Assembly (NCBI GenBank): GCA_964434265.1
Contig: CAYSUK010000001.1
Location: 47,126-111,125, forward strand
Length of the DNA stretch: 64,000 nt
Reading direction: 5' to 3'
Source of the DNA: an uncultured Christensenella sp.
GTDB lineage: Bacteria; Bacillota; Clostridia; Christensenellales; UBA1242
Every line of letters starts with the position of its first letter. The first letter of the stretch is position 1. Position numbers and translations under genes: made by a program. Under the pieces are notes generated by a model that was not told the origin of the DNA, searched no databases, and saw nothing but the letters and a program-made list of their open reading frames with translations. Below are positions 1 through 15,000 of this stretch, piece by piece.

Positions 1-3000
1 ACTTTAAATAGTGCAAATAGTTATACTTCGGCTAGCACGATTAGCGGTACGACTGGCACAAACAGCAACGGCTATCGCGCGTACACATTTACTGTTTCGA
101 GCAGTAATACTAGCACAAGTATGACGGGCAGTTTGACAGCGTATAGTTATAGCACAGAGAAGATGTACAAGCATTCTATCGAAAACAATGCCGGGCTTTC
201 GAGCAGTCAAGTGTATTTGACATCGTCGCTTAGTGGCAGCACCAAGTACACGAGCTTGTTTACGATAGCGGGCACTGACATCAAACTAAACTATCCTGCG
301 ACTTCGGGCGAGTACCTAGATGCTGCTGTGACCCGCACGGGCAAAGTCGAAAACACAGCTGCGTCGGGTTATGACTACACGGCTACGACTTCTGATGTAG
401 TAAACACCGTGACTTACTCCTTGGCGACATATGAAGACTATATCTTTATACAACAAGAAGGCTCGGCTGTAGGCGATGACTTGGTCAGTGAATTCTGCTA
501 TGGCGATGGCGGAGTTATAAACATTCCGGACGAGATATGGGGCGACTATGACGACGACCTTGAGTACTGGGATTATAATAATGAAACCTATGTTACTTGG
601 GCAAACAGTCCACTTAGAAATGTAATCCGCAAGAGTGCGTATGTCACTATCGATGATACAAACTATCTTGGAATTATGAGCACTGCAGTGGGCATATATC
701 AATCACGTCCTGCTGAAGCGAAGACAAAGGGGACAGTTGTGACTGCGACTGTGCATTTCCCAGTCGGGTACAAGGTGGGCAGTATCTCATACAATGGTGT
801 AACTATTACACCTACCAGCACAACGACGACTTCGGCTACGTTTAGTTATACAGTAGCGGGTGTCGAAGGTGCAGAACTTGTAATCAATGTTGTGCAAAAC
901 AAGTGGAATGACTCAGACAATATTGTTGCGCCTACGGGCAGCGGTACTTCAAGCAGTCCATACGTGATAGACACAGCCGCGAAGTTTGGCTGGATGGTAA
1001 ACAAAATCAACAGTGGCGGAAGTTATGCGACTGCATACTATTCGATTGGCGCCGATATCAATCTTGGCACTGATGCAAACGGCAATACGATGTATATTGA
1101 CCCTATCAAAACCTTCAGCGGCACTATTTCGGGTTCGGCTTTGTACTCGATTATCGATATGAACATAAATCAAGAATATGCTTGTTTTATGCACACAAAC
1201 AATGGCACTATCTCAGACCTTATCTTTGTAGACCCTTGCTTTACTGGTGCGAAATTTGCCGGTTTGGTCTACAACAATGGTACATACACTAGCAGTAGTT
1301 CGTACACAACTGGCACTATAGAATGTGTCGGTATGCGTACAGACGACAGCATTCGCGGTCTATATGCTATGGAAGTTGTAGAATATATGGGCGATGTCGA
1401 ATTTGGCGTTGTGTCCATGGTCTATTTCAACTCAGTTGATTCATACATGTTCGATGTATTCTGTGCGGTAAAAGTATATGGCGACGTATATGGCCTTGCT
1501 TATCTTCATTCAGGTGCTATATATGATGCTTATACTGATTTTAGTATCGCAAAAGCCACATCAGCTAGTACAAAATTCTATGCTTTGGCATACTTATTAA
1601 ATGGTTATAGTGATGATAATAACGCTTATGTAGCTAATTTCTACACTCCTAGCACTGGAATGAGCAGTGTAGCGGATACACGTTATGTATTCGATGGAGC
1701 ACAATGTGCGTGCATAGACTTTGTCTGTTACTTTGTGGATGGTGAATATAGCAATGGGACTGGATATTTGCAAGATGGCGGACATAATAATTTTTATGCT
1801 GAACCTGTGGGTATGACTACTGCTGAGCTTCAAGATGTAAATAATTATTATTTTGAAGATTTTAGTTATTGGATATTTACACCTGACGACAGCGATATAT
1901 CAAATAATATCTATCGCGGTCAAAAATACGACCCTTCAAACAAGTATCCATTGCTTACTATGGGTGCTGAGACAAATCTTCTATCAGTATATTTTAGATA
2001 TACTCTAAATAACAATGGCACAACTACGACAGGTGATATAGACAGTGTTAAAATTACACAATATGGCTGGTCAATGGAGAATTGGTATACTTGGGTAGAG
2101 AAAAACAAGGCATTTAGCTTTAAGGTCATAAAAGACAATGTAAGTTATGACACTCCAGTATACTTGACAAGTATAAAAAGTGATAGGGGCTTTAGTTACT
2201 CATTTGAATTGACACCTTCACGTTATGCTACGGCTACTTACACTATAAGTGCTTCAAATGCTGTGTTTGATGATTATTCGGCAGTGATTATGCTTTACTT
2301 CAGCACGGCTGAAAGCTCATTTGATAGTGATTATGATATTTTCATGACAGGCAAAGAGTACAACGATGCTATGGACGGTCGTCATTATGATTATGCAGTT
2401 GCGGCCAGCACAACGTCAAACGGAACTGCGCGTGCGAAGACATACAATTATTCGATAGACACCGCATATGGCGCACTTGTTGTGCAAACACTCAAGGTAG
2501 GGGATGCGGAAATCCTTTCTGGGCATTTGACAACAGCAGTGACCAAGTATATTTATCTAAATGGCAGTACATATAGTGCAAACTCGTCTAAGAGTGGCAC
2601 TGGCACATATATCGGCAAGGTGGTTGTGACCCCAAGCAGTGTTCGTGCCGGCAAAATCGAGCTTTATGAACTCAAAGAAGACATATTTATTAAGGCTGAG
2701 CTTTATGTGGCTTATCAAGTCACTTACACTGGGCTAAATTCTAGTGTCCAAAACACTATTACGACATATTATAGCACTAGCGCTATCACGACAAGCACGA
2801 CTTCGACTAAACTTGGCGATGTTCGTACTAGCGGTGGGCTAGCAGGGACGACTTCGGGACCATATTATGCTCCTGTAATGAGTAATGGCAACACAACCTT
2901 CGTCGGCAGTGTTATAAAGGGAAATAGTAAGAGCTTTACTCTTGGTGCAGCAAAACACAACAACACCACCGACTACACAAACACCAATTATGCTAGTACA

Positions 3001-6000
3001 GCTGATTATGCACACAGTGTAGGCGTGATTGACCTTGCAAGCACTACAAATAGTGTTGCGACATTGGAGTACAGATTTGGGCCAGGCGCTTATGACTACA
3101 CTATCACGCTAGACATTTCTAAAACAACGACAGCTCCTTCGGCTGTAGTAGTAAGATTGTTGGATAGCAACGACAATGAATTGCAAAGCGAGCCGTTTAC
3201 GTCTATAGGGCCAGGCTCCAAAGTTGTGCTTAAGAAGGTAGACGCAAGCTTGACTGGTTTACAACTTGAAGCTGTTGTGACAGCGGCAAGTGGAAAGGCT
3301 TATCGTGTTATTTGGAACGATTTGTACAAAGGCACTGCGGGCAACAAATTTAAATGTGACAATCCGACCGGACCTCGTAGTTACACCTTGTATGTAGTCG
3401 AACTATTTAAGGCGACTATAAAAAATAAATACAATGATAATGGTTATGCTTCTACTTGGGCAAAAGAGAAAGTAAATCCTACACTAAAAATCACTTATAC
3501 GGCTTCTACGGCTTCTCTTAAATTTGTAGGTGCACCAGAAACTACTTTTGCCGCTGGTTTTGCTGATGAAAACAACATATTCACATCATCTCAAGTAATA
3601 GATTATGGTAGTAAAGTTGAGTTTTCTCGCGGTGATGCAATAGTAAACGATGATTATAAAATATACTTCTCTCATATTTATAGCAATGTAGATCAAGATA
3701 AAGATAGTGAAAAGACTATCACTGCTTGTACATCTGATCCTTCTATTGAATTTAAATATAATATTGTAGTACGTGAAATAAGGACAACAATTACAAATAA
3801 AAACTTGGATAAACATCCAAATGATTATATTGGTGTATCCTTATTATACGCTTCTTCCAATACTACTGTAGATGGATATAATACTTGTTATGGAGGCGCT
3901 TATGTTATTAAATATGTAGACATAGTAGATGCTAATAATAGGGATAAACCTATAGAAGGTGAAGATTTAAAATCAATACGTGGCACCCGTATCTTTAATG
4001 TCGTAGGTGGTGAACTAATTAAGGTAATCAGATCCGATGATAAAGATATTAATGGAAATTATGTAAATAGCATACAAACGATAACACAATCTAATTCTGG
4101 TAATAATGACGTATTTGATGTAGTAAAAAATGAATCTGATAAGTTGATAGGTAGATATGGTTATGTAAAAGATAATGCTTTATTTGAATTTACATATTAT
4201 CCATATGTGCAAATAGGTGCTAATGTAGGAAGAATTGCTACTTCTATGAATGCAAATAATAACTATTCTACCTTATTGAATGGCACCTTTACCATTCAAG
4301 GAAAGGAAGTATCAAAAGATGAGAATGGTTATTACATAGAAAATAGTAAAGCCCAATATTTTGCATCTGAGAATGATGTATTTGAAACACCAATTTATAT
4401 TTGTATTACATATACTATACACAAAGAACGACTTAAAGGTTGGGAAGATAATGGCTGGTATATAGGTAGTACTCTAATCGAAAATGGGGGTGCAGTAGAG
4501 TTAAATAAAACAAAGATAGGGACATATGTCGTATTAGACTCTGAATCAGGCAATTACAAAATTTACACACTTAAATTCCCTTGCAGCATAGAAGATAGTG
4601 ATGCTATAGAGAATAAAGAATATGTTTTGAAATTTACTGAAACTACTGTTTCATATACTGCATATAGCAAGCTTACAAGTGGTGGAAAAACTACAGAAAA
4701 CAATGCTGTAGCTACTAAAACTTTGTGGGAGTTTGGTGATGCGAGTTATACTGGTTCTGGAACACTTATTGCAACTAGTAATAATGATCGTATCAATGCC
4801 ACACTTGGATATCATGGTTATTACAGATTTGAAATTGTTTCTTCCAAGTTAGATGAATACAATTATGATACATATTCATACAGTGGATTAGAAGATACGG
4901 ATGTGACAAGTTCTTATATAACAAATGATGGCTCAGATTATGATATTGATACAATAATATCTGGTATCCGATTAGACTTTACACATCCTACAGGTGCAGT
5001 TTCTACATCTGCCACATTCAAAAAATGGCATAACGTACCTACTGTAATATACAAAGTCAATTATGTATCAACTGGTTATACTGGCAAATATTTGCTACAT
5101 GGTGGCAGATTTAATAATTATATGCTCATAGAAGAAAGTTATGAGTTTGTAATTGCTGATATCCATTTTTCTGGAACTGCTACTTTGGGCGATGGTAATT
5201 TATCCTTTAATAAAGTCCTTGAAGGCAGTACTTTTAGAGTAACTGTGAGTGTACATGAAAATTTGTTCACTTGCCTTACAGAAACAAATGCTGATGGTGA
5301 AATTGAAGTTGAAATTACTGGTGATACTAGTATCACTCTGGAATTTAAAGAAAATGTGTATACTATAAATTATCGTAGAAATAATGACAACGAGTTGTTG
5401 TATCCAAATAAAGATATTGATCCAGATGTAGATATAGATGTATTAAAACTTGGTAGCTTAGTAGGTGTATTAGAACCTTACAATATACCTGCAATTAGCA
5501 AAACAAGCCCAGGCGACGAATATGTATTTGAAGAGTGGAGTTGTACAAATAAATCATTTGATACTGAAGATGTGATCTTTAATGATAAAGCCGATATTAA
5601 TACAAGCTTATATATGATATATGGCGAAGACGGCGCGACATACGATATCTATGCAAACTGGCGTCGTAAATACTACAATACATTTAATATTGGCGATAAT
5701 AATGGTGTAGAGACTACACAAAAGACAAAAGATGATAATACACGTGTTGGCGGAACATTGACTTCAATTTCGGTAAAAAATGATCCAGAAAAAGGAAAAA
5801 ATGAAAAGTATCAATATAGCAACACTGCTACTGTATCATATACTGCAAATGCCGGTTATACATTCACAGGTTTGAAAGTAAATAAAGTAACAATTGGTAC
5901 AGTTGAAAAGGATAGTGGTACAATCACAATTAGTGATGATGGAATAACAGTATCACGTAATTATTCGACATGTAATATAAAAACAAATAGCACTATTACA

Positions 6001-9000
6001 TATGGCGGAAATACTTACTATGTAAAAGACAACTTCCTATATCTTGACGCAGAGCATGTTGTGCATTATGGAGAATTTGACTATCAAGTAAGTGATGGCT
6101 ATGTGTATATTTACGATATTCCAGATGTAAAAATAACTGCTTGTTTTGAAGAAAATACATATAATCTAAATATTACCCAACCATCTGGCGGAGAAATAAC
6201 AATAACCTCACACACAAGTAGTGCTCCAGATATCCAATACTCAAATAGTTTGCCTACTCGCATAACTCTTGGATATTTCTCGAGCGTAACACTTACTTAC
6301 ACAAACACTAATGCAAATTATCGTTTCCAAAGCTGGAATTGTGATAAAAAAGATTATGTAGACCTAGTTTCTGCAAATCCTACTACACTTTCTCTAAATG
6401 ACAAGGGTATAAATGAAGGAGTCACAAGTATAGATATTTCTGTTGGGGAATACAAACAAGTAAAAATTACCAATACTGATAGATCATACTTGATAAGATT
6501 TCTTCAAGATTCGGAAGCAAGTTGGTCACGACTAACTTTAAGGAACATAATGCTAGACGGCAGTAGTGTAGTCTGGATATATGATAATTTTGTACTAGTA
6601 TACGAAGTATCTGGCAATAACACTATTATGACTACAAACTGGACTCGTACATGCACAAATAGTTCACATGTGGCAGAAGGACTATCCGAGCACACTACAG
6701 AATGCGACGATTGTAAGTTTACAAGTGTAGATATGTATGTTGTGCTAAACGACGCAGCTCCTGATACTTTGAATATCACAATGCATCTTGGCCATTACTA
6801 TATAGGCGACGATGTCAATGTAAATCCAAATCCAGATAGCGCTGAGTTTTATAGCTCTTATTTTAAAAATGTAAATTTGTGGAAAAATGGTATTGGCTAT
6901 GTAAGTGACTATTTGACACTTACTGGTGATGCTACTTCATCAGTTACGGCTTCTATCAAAGCAAGTACTACTGGTTTTGATACAGTACTTCCTATAGCTG
7001 AATTTACTGCACGACCATATGACGATGTAAGTGCTGAAGACCATACATCTACAAATAACGAAAGGGTGTATGTTGCTACACAAAATACTCCTTCGCTTAA
7101 AGTCCTTGAAGGTGCATATGTCAAAATTGTTGCTGAAGACTATGTGGACAGCAATGCACGTAAGTCATATAAGTTCTCGCACTGGACATTTGAACCAAGC
7201 GATGCTGAATATGGCGATGCTGACTGGATGAGCGATACTGAAACTCACACTGCTTCACTTGAATTCCAAGTGTTTGCAAGTAGGGCAGGTACCTACACCG
7301 CGCATTATACTTATGCTTATAGCCTTAATACTGATAGCGGTAAAACAACAGACGACGGCAAAACCTTCACTACCGCAAATGTCACATCTGCGACATTAAC
7401 CGCATCTGGCACTAAGTATTATAGTGCAGACAACAAATATCTTGCAGGTTCGACTGTTACTCTTACAGCAGCACTACAATCGGGTTATGCATTCCAAGGC
7501 TGGTACTTGTATGACGGCGAAAATTATACCAAAATAGATTCTGACACAACAGGATTTACTACTATTTCGGATAATACACTTGTATTCACCGTCGGCGGAA
7601 AAGATTGTGACAACAACACTATACCTGGTGTCGACCTTGAAACGTATGATATTGTATTTATAGGCACTCCGCTACTCGCATATCAATTTGGTGGCGCAAC
7701 TGGTGCACCAAGTGCGACTTACACTGTAAGCGGAGATGGTGTATACAGTGTAACTGGAGGAACTCTAAGCGGAAACACAGCAACCATGACTGCCGTAGGT
7801 GGCACATACATGACTGTATATGTCAAAGAAGGCACAACAATCACTTTCACAATGAGCAAGTCTGAGACTTCGGCTCGCGCAACGGGAGTATTGAATGGTT
7901 CGACAACGCTTGACGCCAATACAATTCCTCAAGTGACATTTATCGATTATGGAATTTCTGGTTTGACATACAGCATGACTGCATTAGGAGGCACTGCTGG
8001 CAAGTACGAAGTTGTTTATACAAATATATACTCAGTTGTGGCAAAATCGGCTGCCACAGTGACCGACACTCACGTAACTGCTAGTTATAAGGACAATATC
8101 TCAAACAGTATTATCACTATTACTGCAAGTAGTACTGGAATAACATATAATGGTGTGACTTATTATGACCATAATACCACAATCGAACTATCTGCTACTA
8201 TCCCTGTTGGTCACGATTTTGTATCTTGGGTTACAAATAGCACAACTTATACAAATAGCACACAAACTATCACACTTATAAGTTCGATTACTTCACTTAC
8301 TTTAAATATATCCGAAATTGAGTACGATATCACTAAAGTAATGCAAGTTTCTATTCCAAATGGCTTTAATAACAACATTAAGGAAGATACAACTTGGACG
8401 TCAGATAGCTTTGGTTCGTTTGCTTACACTTCTGACCACGTATCAGACAGCACAAAAGTAGGATATTTTGGCAAAATCACTATCGGTGATTTTACAAGTG
8501 GTAAATATCTCTACATTAGTGGTAGTAAAGCATACTATGATAGCGAATACAAACATGAAGTGTATAGCGGTCTTTACTCGATATCGGGTAGTACACTCAC
8601 ATATCTAGGTGCGGAGTATTCGATATCATCAAACAACACGGCTGAAGTATGGAGCATGTACACAAATCCTATATATGCTGTTACGGGCGGAACCCTATCT
8701 CAAGATGGTATCACTATCGAAAACATCCGTGGTGCTATCACAATCACATGTACTGCAGAGATGCAAGGTAAGTTGAATAATAGCACTAAAAACAACAAGA
8801 CCGATACAATCCTTGACAGTGCAAGCCAAAGCACTCTCAAGATGACAGATACTGTGACATACACAGCTGCTACAAAAGCTGGTTATGTCTTCAAAGGCTG
8901 GGTAGAGTATAACTGCAACAACGTTAGAAATACTGCTGTAGGCGGCTACTATTCGACAGAAAGCAGCATAACAATAAAGTTAAACGAAGAGAACAACGGC

Positions 9001-12000
9001 AACTATTATGTAGCCGTATACAACCCTACATTTAGTCTCACAGTCGGGGCAAACACATTTGACCAATGTGCTTCTATTAAGGTTTCGTTTGGTGACACTG
9101 AAGAGACCTTGACAAACCCAACTCAAACTAAAGTGTATTCAAACATCGAGTGGGGCACAACCATCACACTTGTAGCGACTCCAAAAGGTCAAAACCGTAC
9201 AAACTATTGGACGCTCACATACGGTGACCAAACCCAAACATCGAGTGGCAGCACAATCAAATTCAACATTCAAGACAATGCGACAGCAATACACGAGTTC
9301 TTGACCCAACACACAATCACTGTTACACACGACAAAGAATTTACAACCACTGGTGGCACTTGGAGTATCCAACAATCAAGTCTATCAAATGGCGAGTGGA
9401 GTGATTGGACAAACGTCACTACTGACGGCTTTGTAGGTGCGACAGGAAGTAAGATATTCACAAAAGCCGATGATGGAATAAGATATAGAGTTGTGATTAC
9501 CACAAACACACACCACTATGTTACATTATCTGCTTCTGGCAATGGATACACTATCGATGGCTCAAACAATACATATGTCACAAGTGGAACTTTGACATCA
9601 TATGTTTACTTCAATGGCGCAGACTCAAACGGCGTGACAGAAGATAGCACACTTACTATCTCACATACCGGTCTAAACTACATAAACATCACTACATCTC
9701 CAAGCGGTCTTGGAAATACAGTGACAGTAGACGAAAACATCGGCGGTTCGACTAGCGGTAGTTCAAAACTAAGCACTATTATCCGTAAAAACAATGGCAG
9801 TGCAGAGCTTAGCACAACAGCAGTAGCAGGTTATGACACACCTACTTGGTCGACAAACGCTGGCACATTAAGTGCTACTAGTGGATTGTCGTCGTCACTA
9901 AGTTATACTTGGTCGGCAGACACACTAGGCAAAACATACAACATCACACTTACATATAAAAACAACTCAAATAAGTCTATCAGCTTGAATGTGATAGGAT
10001 TTACAAGCGATCTACACTATACATCTATGAAGGGCACTACCGATTTAAAAATAGGTGACGATTTGATACATCCATCGGAAATTTCAAATCTTTCTCTTGC
10101 AAGTGGAGTTACATCGATTAGATTTAGTGGCTTTGTAAGTAGCGAAGTCAAGAAATTGACTTTGACAGACGGAACTACGACATCGACAGTAGATGTAGTA
10201 GATGACAATGCATATATCGAATACACTATCCCAAGTGGAGCAGGCGATAGCATATCATTGACACTTACTATCACAAACAACACATGGATAGATAGCGGAA
10301 ACTACACCGCTCCAAGTGGCTCAGGTACAGCAGCAGACCCATATCAAATAGCAAATGCTCAAAATTTTGCATGGATCTCATACAAATCTGCAAAAGATAG
10401 AGAAAGTTTTGATGGCAAGTACTTTGTCCAAACAGGCAATATCGACCTTTCCGGTCACCTATGGCTCCCTATCCAACATTTTAATGGTGTATTTGTAGGC
10501 AGCCACGATTATCTCATCTCAAATCAAGCATGTTATGGTCACTCATATCACTTTGAAGATGAAGATGATACATTTATGGAAGGCGACTATGACTACACTA
10601 TAGGCTCGTTATTTGCAAATTCAGACGGCGGTGTATTTAAATCATTGCGATTGAAGAATAAAAGAAATTATGATTCCTATGATGATTGTGATTCAATAAT
10701 GCACACATCTACAAAAGCATTATTGTTGGGAAATGGTCGAGACGTCGTTATTGATGGTATCAAAATCGAAGAATCCGACTTTTATGCTCACGGAAATGGT
10801 GGAGCTCTTGTAGCTAATTTACATGGTGGTAAGATCACAAATATCTATATTGATTTTGTACAAATGAAATTTGATATTGTGTATCTAAATACTCTCTTGA
10901 TAGGTCGAATATCTAAAGGAGATGCTACTTACTATGATAGTAATGGAAATGCAAGTAATGTAGTAATCGAAAATGTATATATTGATGCAGGTGTCGCTTT
11001 CAGTATTATAGGCAATATAGAGACAGATGTATCATTACTAAACATTTACTTTAGAGGTGATGTACAAGTACAAACATTTATCATTATGATAGATGAATAT
11101 TCTGTCACCCTGGAAAATGTAGTACTATATGGTTTGACTGGTAATGTGGATTATGGAAATATAATCGGAATTTGTGATGGAATTTCAGTAAATTGTACTG
11201 ATGTATGGTGTCATTGCTTTTATGACAATATTACATTCCTAAATGGCACAACCCCTACTGGTGTTACATTTGTTACTGGAGAAGATACATCATCTTTAGA
11301 GAACTTCATCAAGTCGCTTTATGAAAAGGGTGGAAATCCTTGGTTCTACAATATTCCGGGTAAAAATACTTATGATGATGACTTTGGTATGGATCTATTT
11401 GGTGAGCGTGTCACAAGTTCGAGTGACGATACAGTCACAATCGAAGATGGCAGCATCAAACTTAGCGGAGACGTATCCATCACTAAGTTTAAAAACGCAC
11501 TTTCTGCACTTGCTACAAATAGCGAAGTCACTAAGGTCGAACTATTTAGTAGTATAGACTTTAAGGGTGCAAGCCTTGACACCATGTACACTATCCCAGC
11601 TGGCAAAACCTTTGACGGCCACGGATATACAATATCTGGTATCAAAGCAGTGCGCGATATGACTGACGGAAGGTTTGAAGCGGGAATATTTAGCCAAATA
11701 AACGGCACATTGCGACGTACAATCTTTGAAAACATATATGTATATGTAAGTTCAGGTGCTGCGACAACATGTACTTACTCGCATATTGGACTTATCTTTG
11801 GATATTCAAATGGCGCGACTATATCAAATGTCACAGTCAAGAATAGCCGACTAAATGTCGTGTTTGACGGACTTTGTGCGGTTGATGATACGTCATATCC
11901 AAATATCGGTCTATTAGGCGGAGCAAATGACCAAAGCAACTTCACATATATCGATATCATAAATAGCAAAATCACATTTAGCCAATATGGTGCAACTACT

Positions 12001-15000
12001 CAAGAAGCATTCAAAATCGCCGGCTTTATAGGATATAGTGCTAGTGGCAGCATAAACAATGTACAAGTAGACACTGACATAATCGTCGATAGCAGCTCAA
12101 ATATGCACATTGTTTCTGGATTGGTTGGTACACAACGTACATCTGTCACAAATGCAGCTATTACTGGCGATATTACATCGACATCTTCGTCTAGCAATGT
12201 TTATCCTATCGCGGGAATAACTTGGGGTGCTGCTAATAGTTACTCAGTATCCACAGCATATGTAAGCGGAACGTTTAGTCCAAAAGCAAGTACATTGTAT
12301 GGCACTACTGATTCGATCTCATACACAAATGTTTATGTTTCCGAATTAGCATCTTCTGCAAGCGGAACTAAGACCGATGCCGAGATGAAGAGTTATAGCA
12401 CTTATGAAGGATTTAACTTAGATGAGATGTGGTATAGTACTGCAGAAGAATTGAGTTGGTTTATGGATGGTTTCACGTATAATGATCATTCTGAAAACAA
12501 TGGCTATCCATATTTCTCAGTAGCTTCAAACAACTTTAAATTCACTTTAAATCTATCAGGAGATGGTGCAAGTGGTGTTAGAGCAAATTTGAACTCTTAT
12601 CAAAAATCTCATGTGCTTGATGCTGCAGGTACTGTAAATAGACTATTTGAAGTTAATGACCTTGATGTTTATGAAGATATATACGTATATGTCAAAGGCA
12701 ATAATGGATATTATCTAGACACTGCAGAGTCGACTATCGACCTTACAGAGTCTTCAAGTCCAATATCATTGGAAAGTTGGATATCGAGTATCGGCTTGAC
12801 TGTAGATGGCTGTTATTCTGATGAAGATAAATTCACATTATTTACTTTGCCAATGCAATCGCATTCGGAGTATGACGTAACGCTAAATCTAGTAGTTAAG
12901 AAAGTCGATTATACTATCACAGCTACAGCAAGCGGACACGGAAGCGTGGTTTCGGGTGCTGGCAGTTATAAAACAGGCGATACTGTTACACTAGTTGCTT
13001 CGGCAAATAGTAGTGACGACGAGTATTGTATGCACCAATTTGTAGGTTGGTACAAGGGCAATACACTCAAGAGCACAAAACTTACATACTCCTTTACAGC
13101 AAGCGAAAGCACAGCGGGTGAGTATGAAGCTAAGTTCTGCTCAGGCAGCAATTGTCTATATAAGGTAAAAACCAGCATCACATCTGGTGTAGAAAGCACA
13201 GTCAGTCCTTCTGATACCGGATTTATGAATGTTGGAGAGTCAGTCGAACTTAAAGCAAATCTCACTTCTAGTGAAGAGATAGTTTCTATCACTCGAGACG
13301 GGGTAGAGATTTACAACAAGATAGATGGTGTACTTGACACAAGCTATACTGTAGATTTGACCGAAAACACACTCACACTTTCATTCACAATGCGTACTGC
13401 TACAAAAGGCCAATACCTATTTAATGTGGGTATGACGTCTCGTCTCGTAACGGTAAATATCCCTAATGTAGGCGGAAGTACAATTAATCAAACTGATGCA
13501 TATTCGGCTCACGGCGTAATTACACTCGCTCCAGAAGGTGGCGCAACATCGGTAATTAACGCAAATTCGACTATGGGCACAGTAAATGTGTTGTATGGCA
13601 AAACACTCACAATCACATTTATGTCAGATATCCGCTACAAACTTGATTCGGTTTCTACTAGCATAACTGGTGGAAATACAAGCTTTACTGCTTCGACTTC
13701 GACAGTAGACGGATACACACGTTATACATATACTTACACGACTGACGCGATTACTGACGATGCGACTATCACCCTAAATCTTGTAAAAGACAGATGGGTG
13801 GACATCTCGTATGACGAAAACACATCGACATATTCGTTTGGTGCTGGACACTCGGCTGAGTTTATTACAGCAAACGGCGGAACAGCAGCAAATGAAATCT
13901 CGGCATCTAGCGCAACATTTGGCACCGACCAAGCCTACAAAGGCCTAAGCGGAAATCCAATTGTTATCTCGACCGCAGCACAACTTGCTCGTGTGTCATA
14001 TCTTGTAAATATAGGTGCAACCTTTATGACCTATATTGATGGTGAACTTACACAAGTATATTATCATAATGCATATTACAAAATCACTGCGGACATCGAC
14101 CTAAACAACTACTTCTGGACCCCTATAAATGCTATCAATGTAGATACTACTTATAGCGTGTCTACAAGTATGAATATCGTATCCGAAACACAAAATTCGA
14201 TTAAGAATATGTATATAAGATACGATGGCGAAGAAGAAGCAATAGACCATACTGATAATTTCAGTTATGTTGGTTTCTTCGGATCAAGTGTAAAAGATAC
14301 AATTACTGGCATCACATTTGACAATGCAGTAATATACAATTCGCATGGAAGTGGTAGATCTGGTGCGGTTGCTGGTATGTCTTATTATAGCCAATTTAAC
14401 TTTATTACTGTCAAAAACTCTACGTTTAATTTCGCAAGTTATGGTGCTGGATTGGTAGGTCAAACTATTGGTGATACATTCAACTATGTAAATTCCATTT
14501 CAAACACTGCAAAAGTAATTGCTGGCAGTACTTATACTAGTTTTGGTGGCATAGTAGCATATATGTATCGTAGCACGATAAACAATGCTTCGGTAAGTGG
14601 TTTGAATATCATAACTCCAGATAATTATAATTATTATAGTTTCGAAATAGGTGGTGTAGTAGGTGTCAACATGTCATCAGTAGTAAAAGACGTAGTAGTC
14701 GACACAATAACCACTAATGGCAATAATATATATCTTTCTAGTATATCATATGAAGCATACTATGGTTCGGAATATATAAATGTTTGGTCAAAAGAGTCTA
14801 CTAATTTGATTGCAAAGAATTATAGTAATGGCACTATAAATGTACTAAATGGTACTCCAGATTTGAGCACGCTTGGTCTAAGTAGTGATACATGGTACGT
14901 AAGTGGTGGTGTAGCCTATACAAAAGGTTATGGCGCTGGCACAAATACCATAAGCCGTATCGCTGATGTAACGACTGGCGGATTTGCTGGCGGAACAGGT

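Noticed and set aside
316-13925. Many 60-130-aa minus-strand ORFs inside the giant gene, for example 316-702, 11370-11735 and 12966-13292.
   Set aside because: All are embedded antisense in a 16.9-kb open frame. They lack SD sequences and have odd composition. They are expected by chance in a long ORF.
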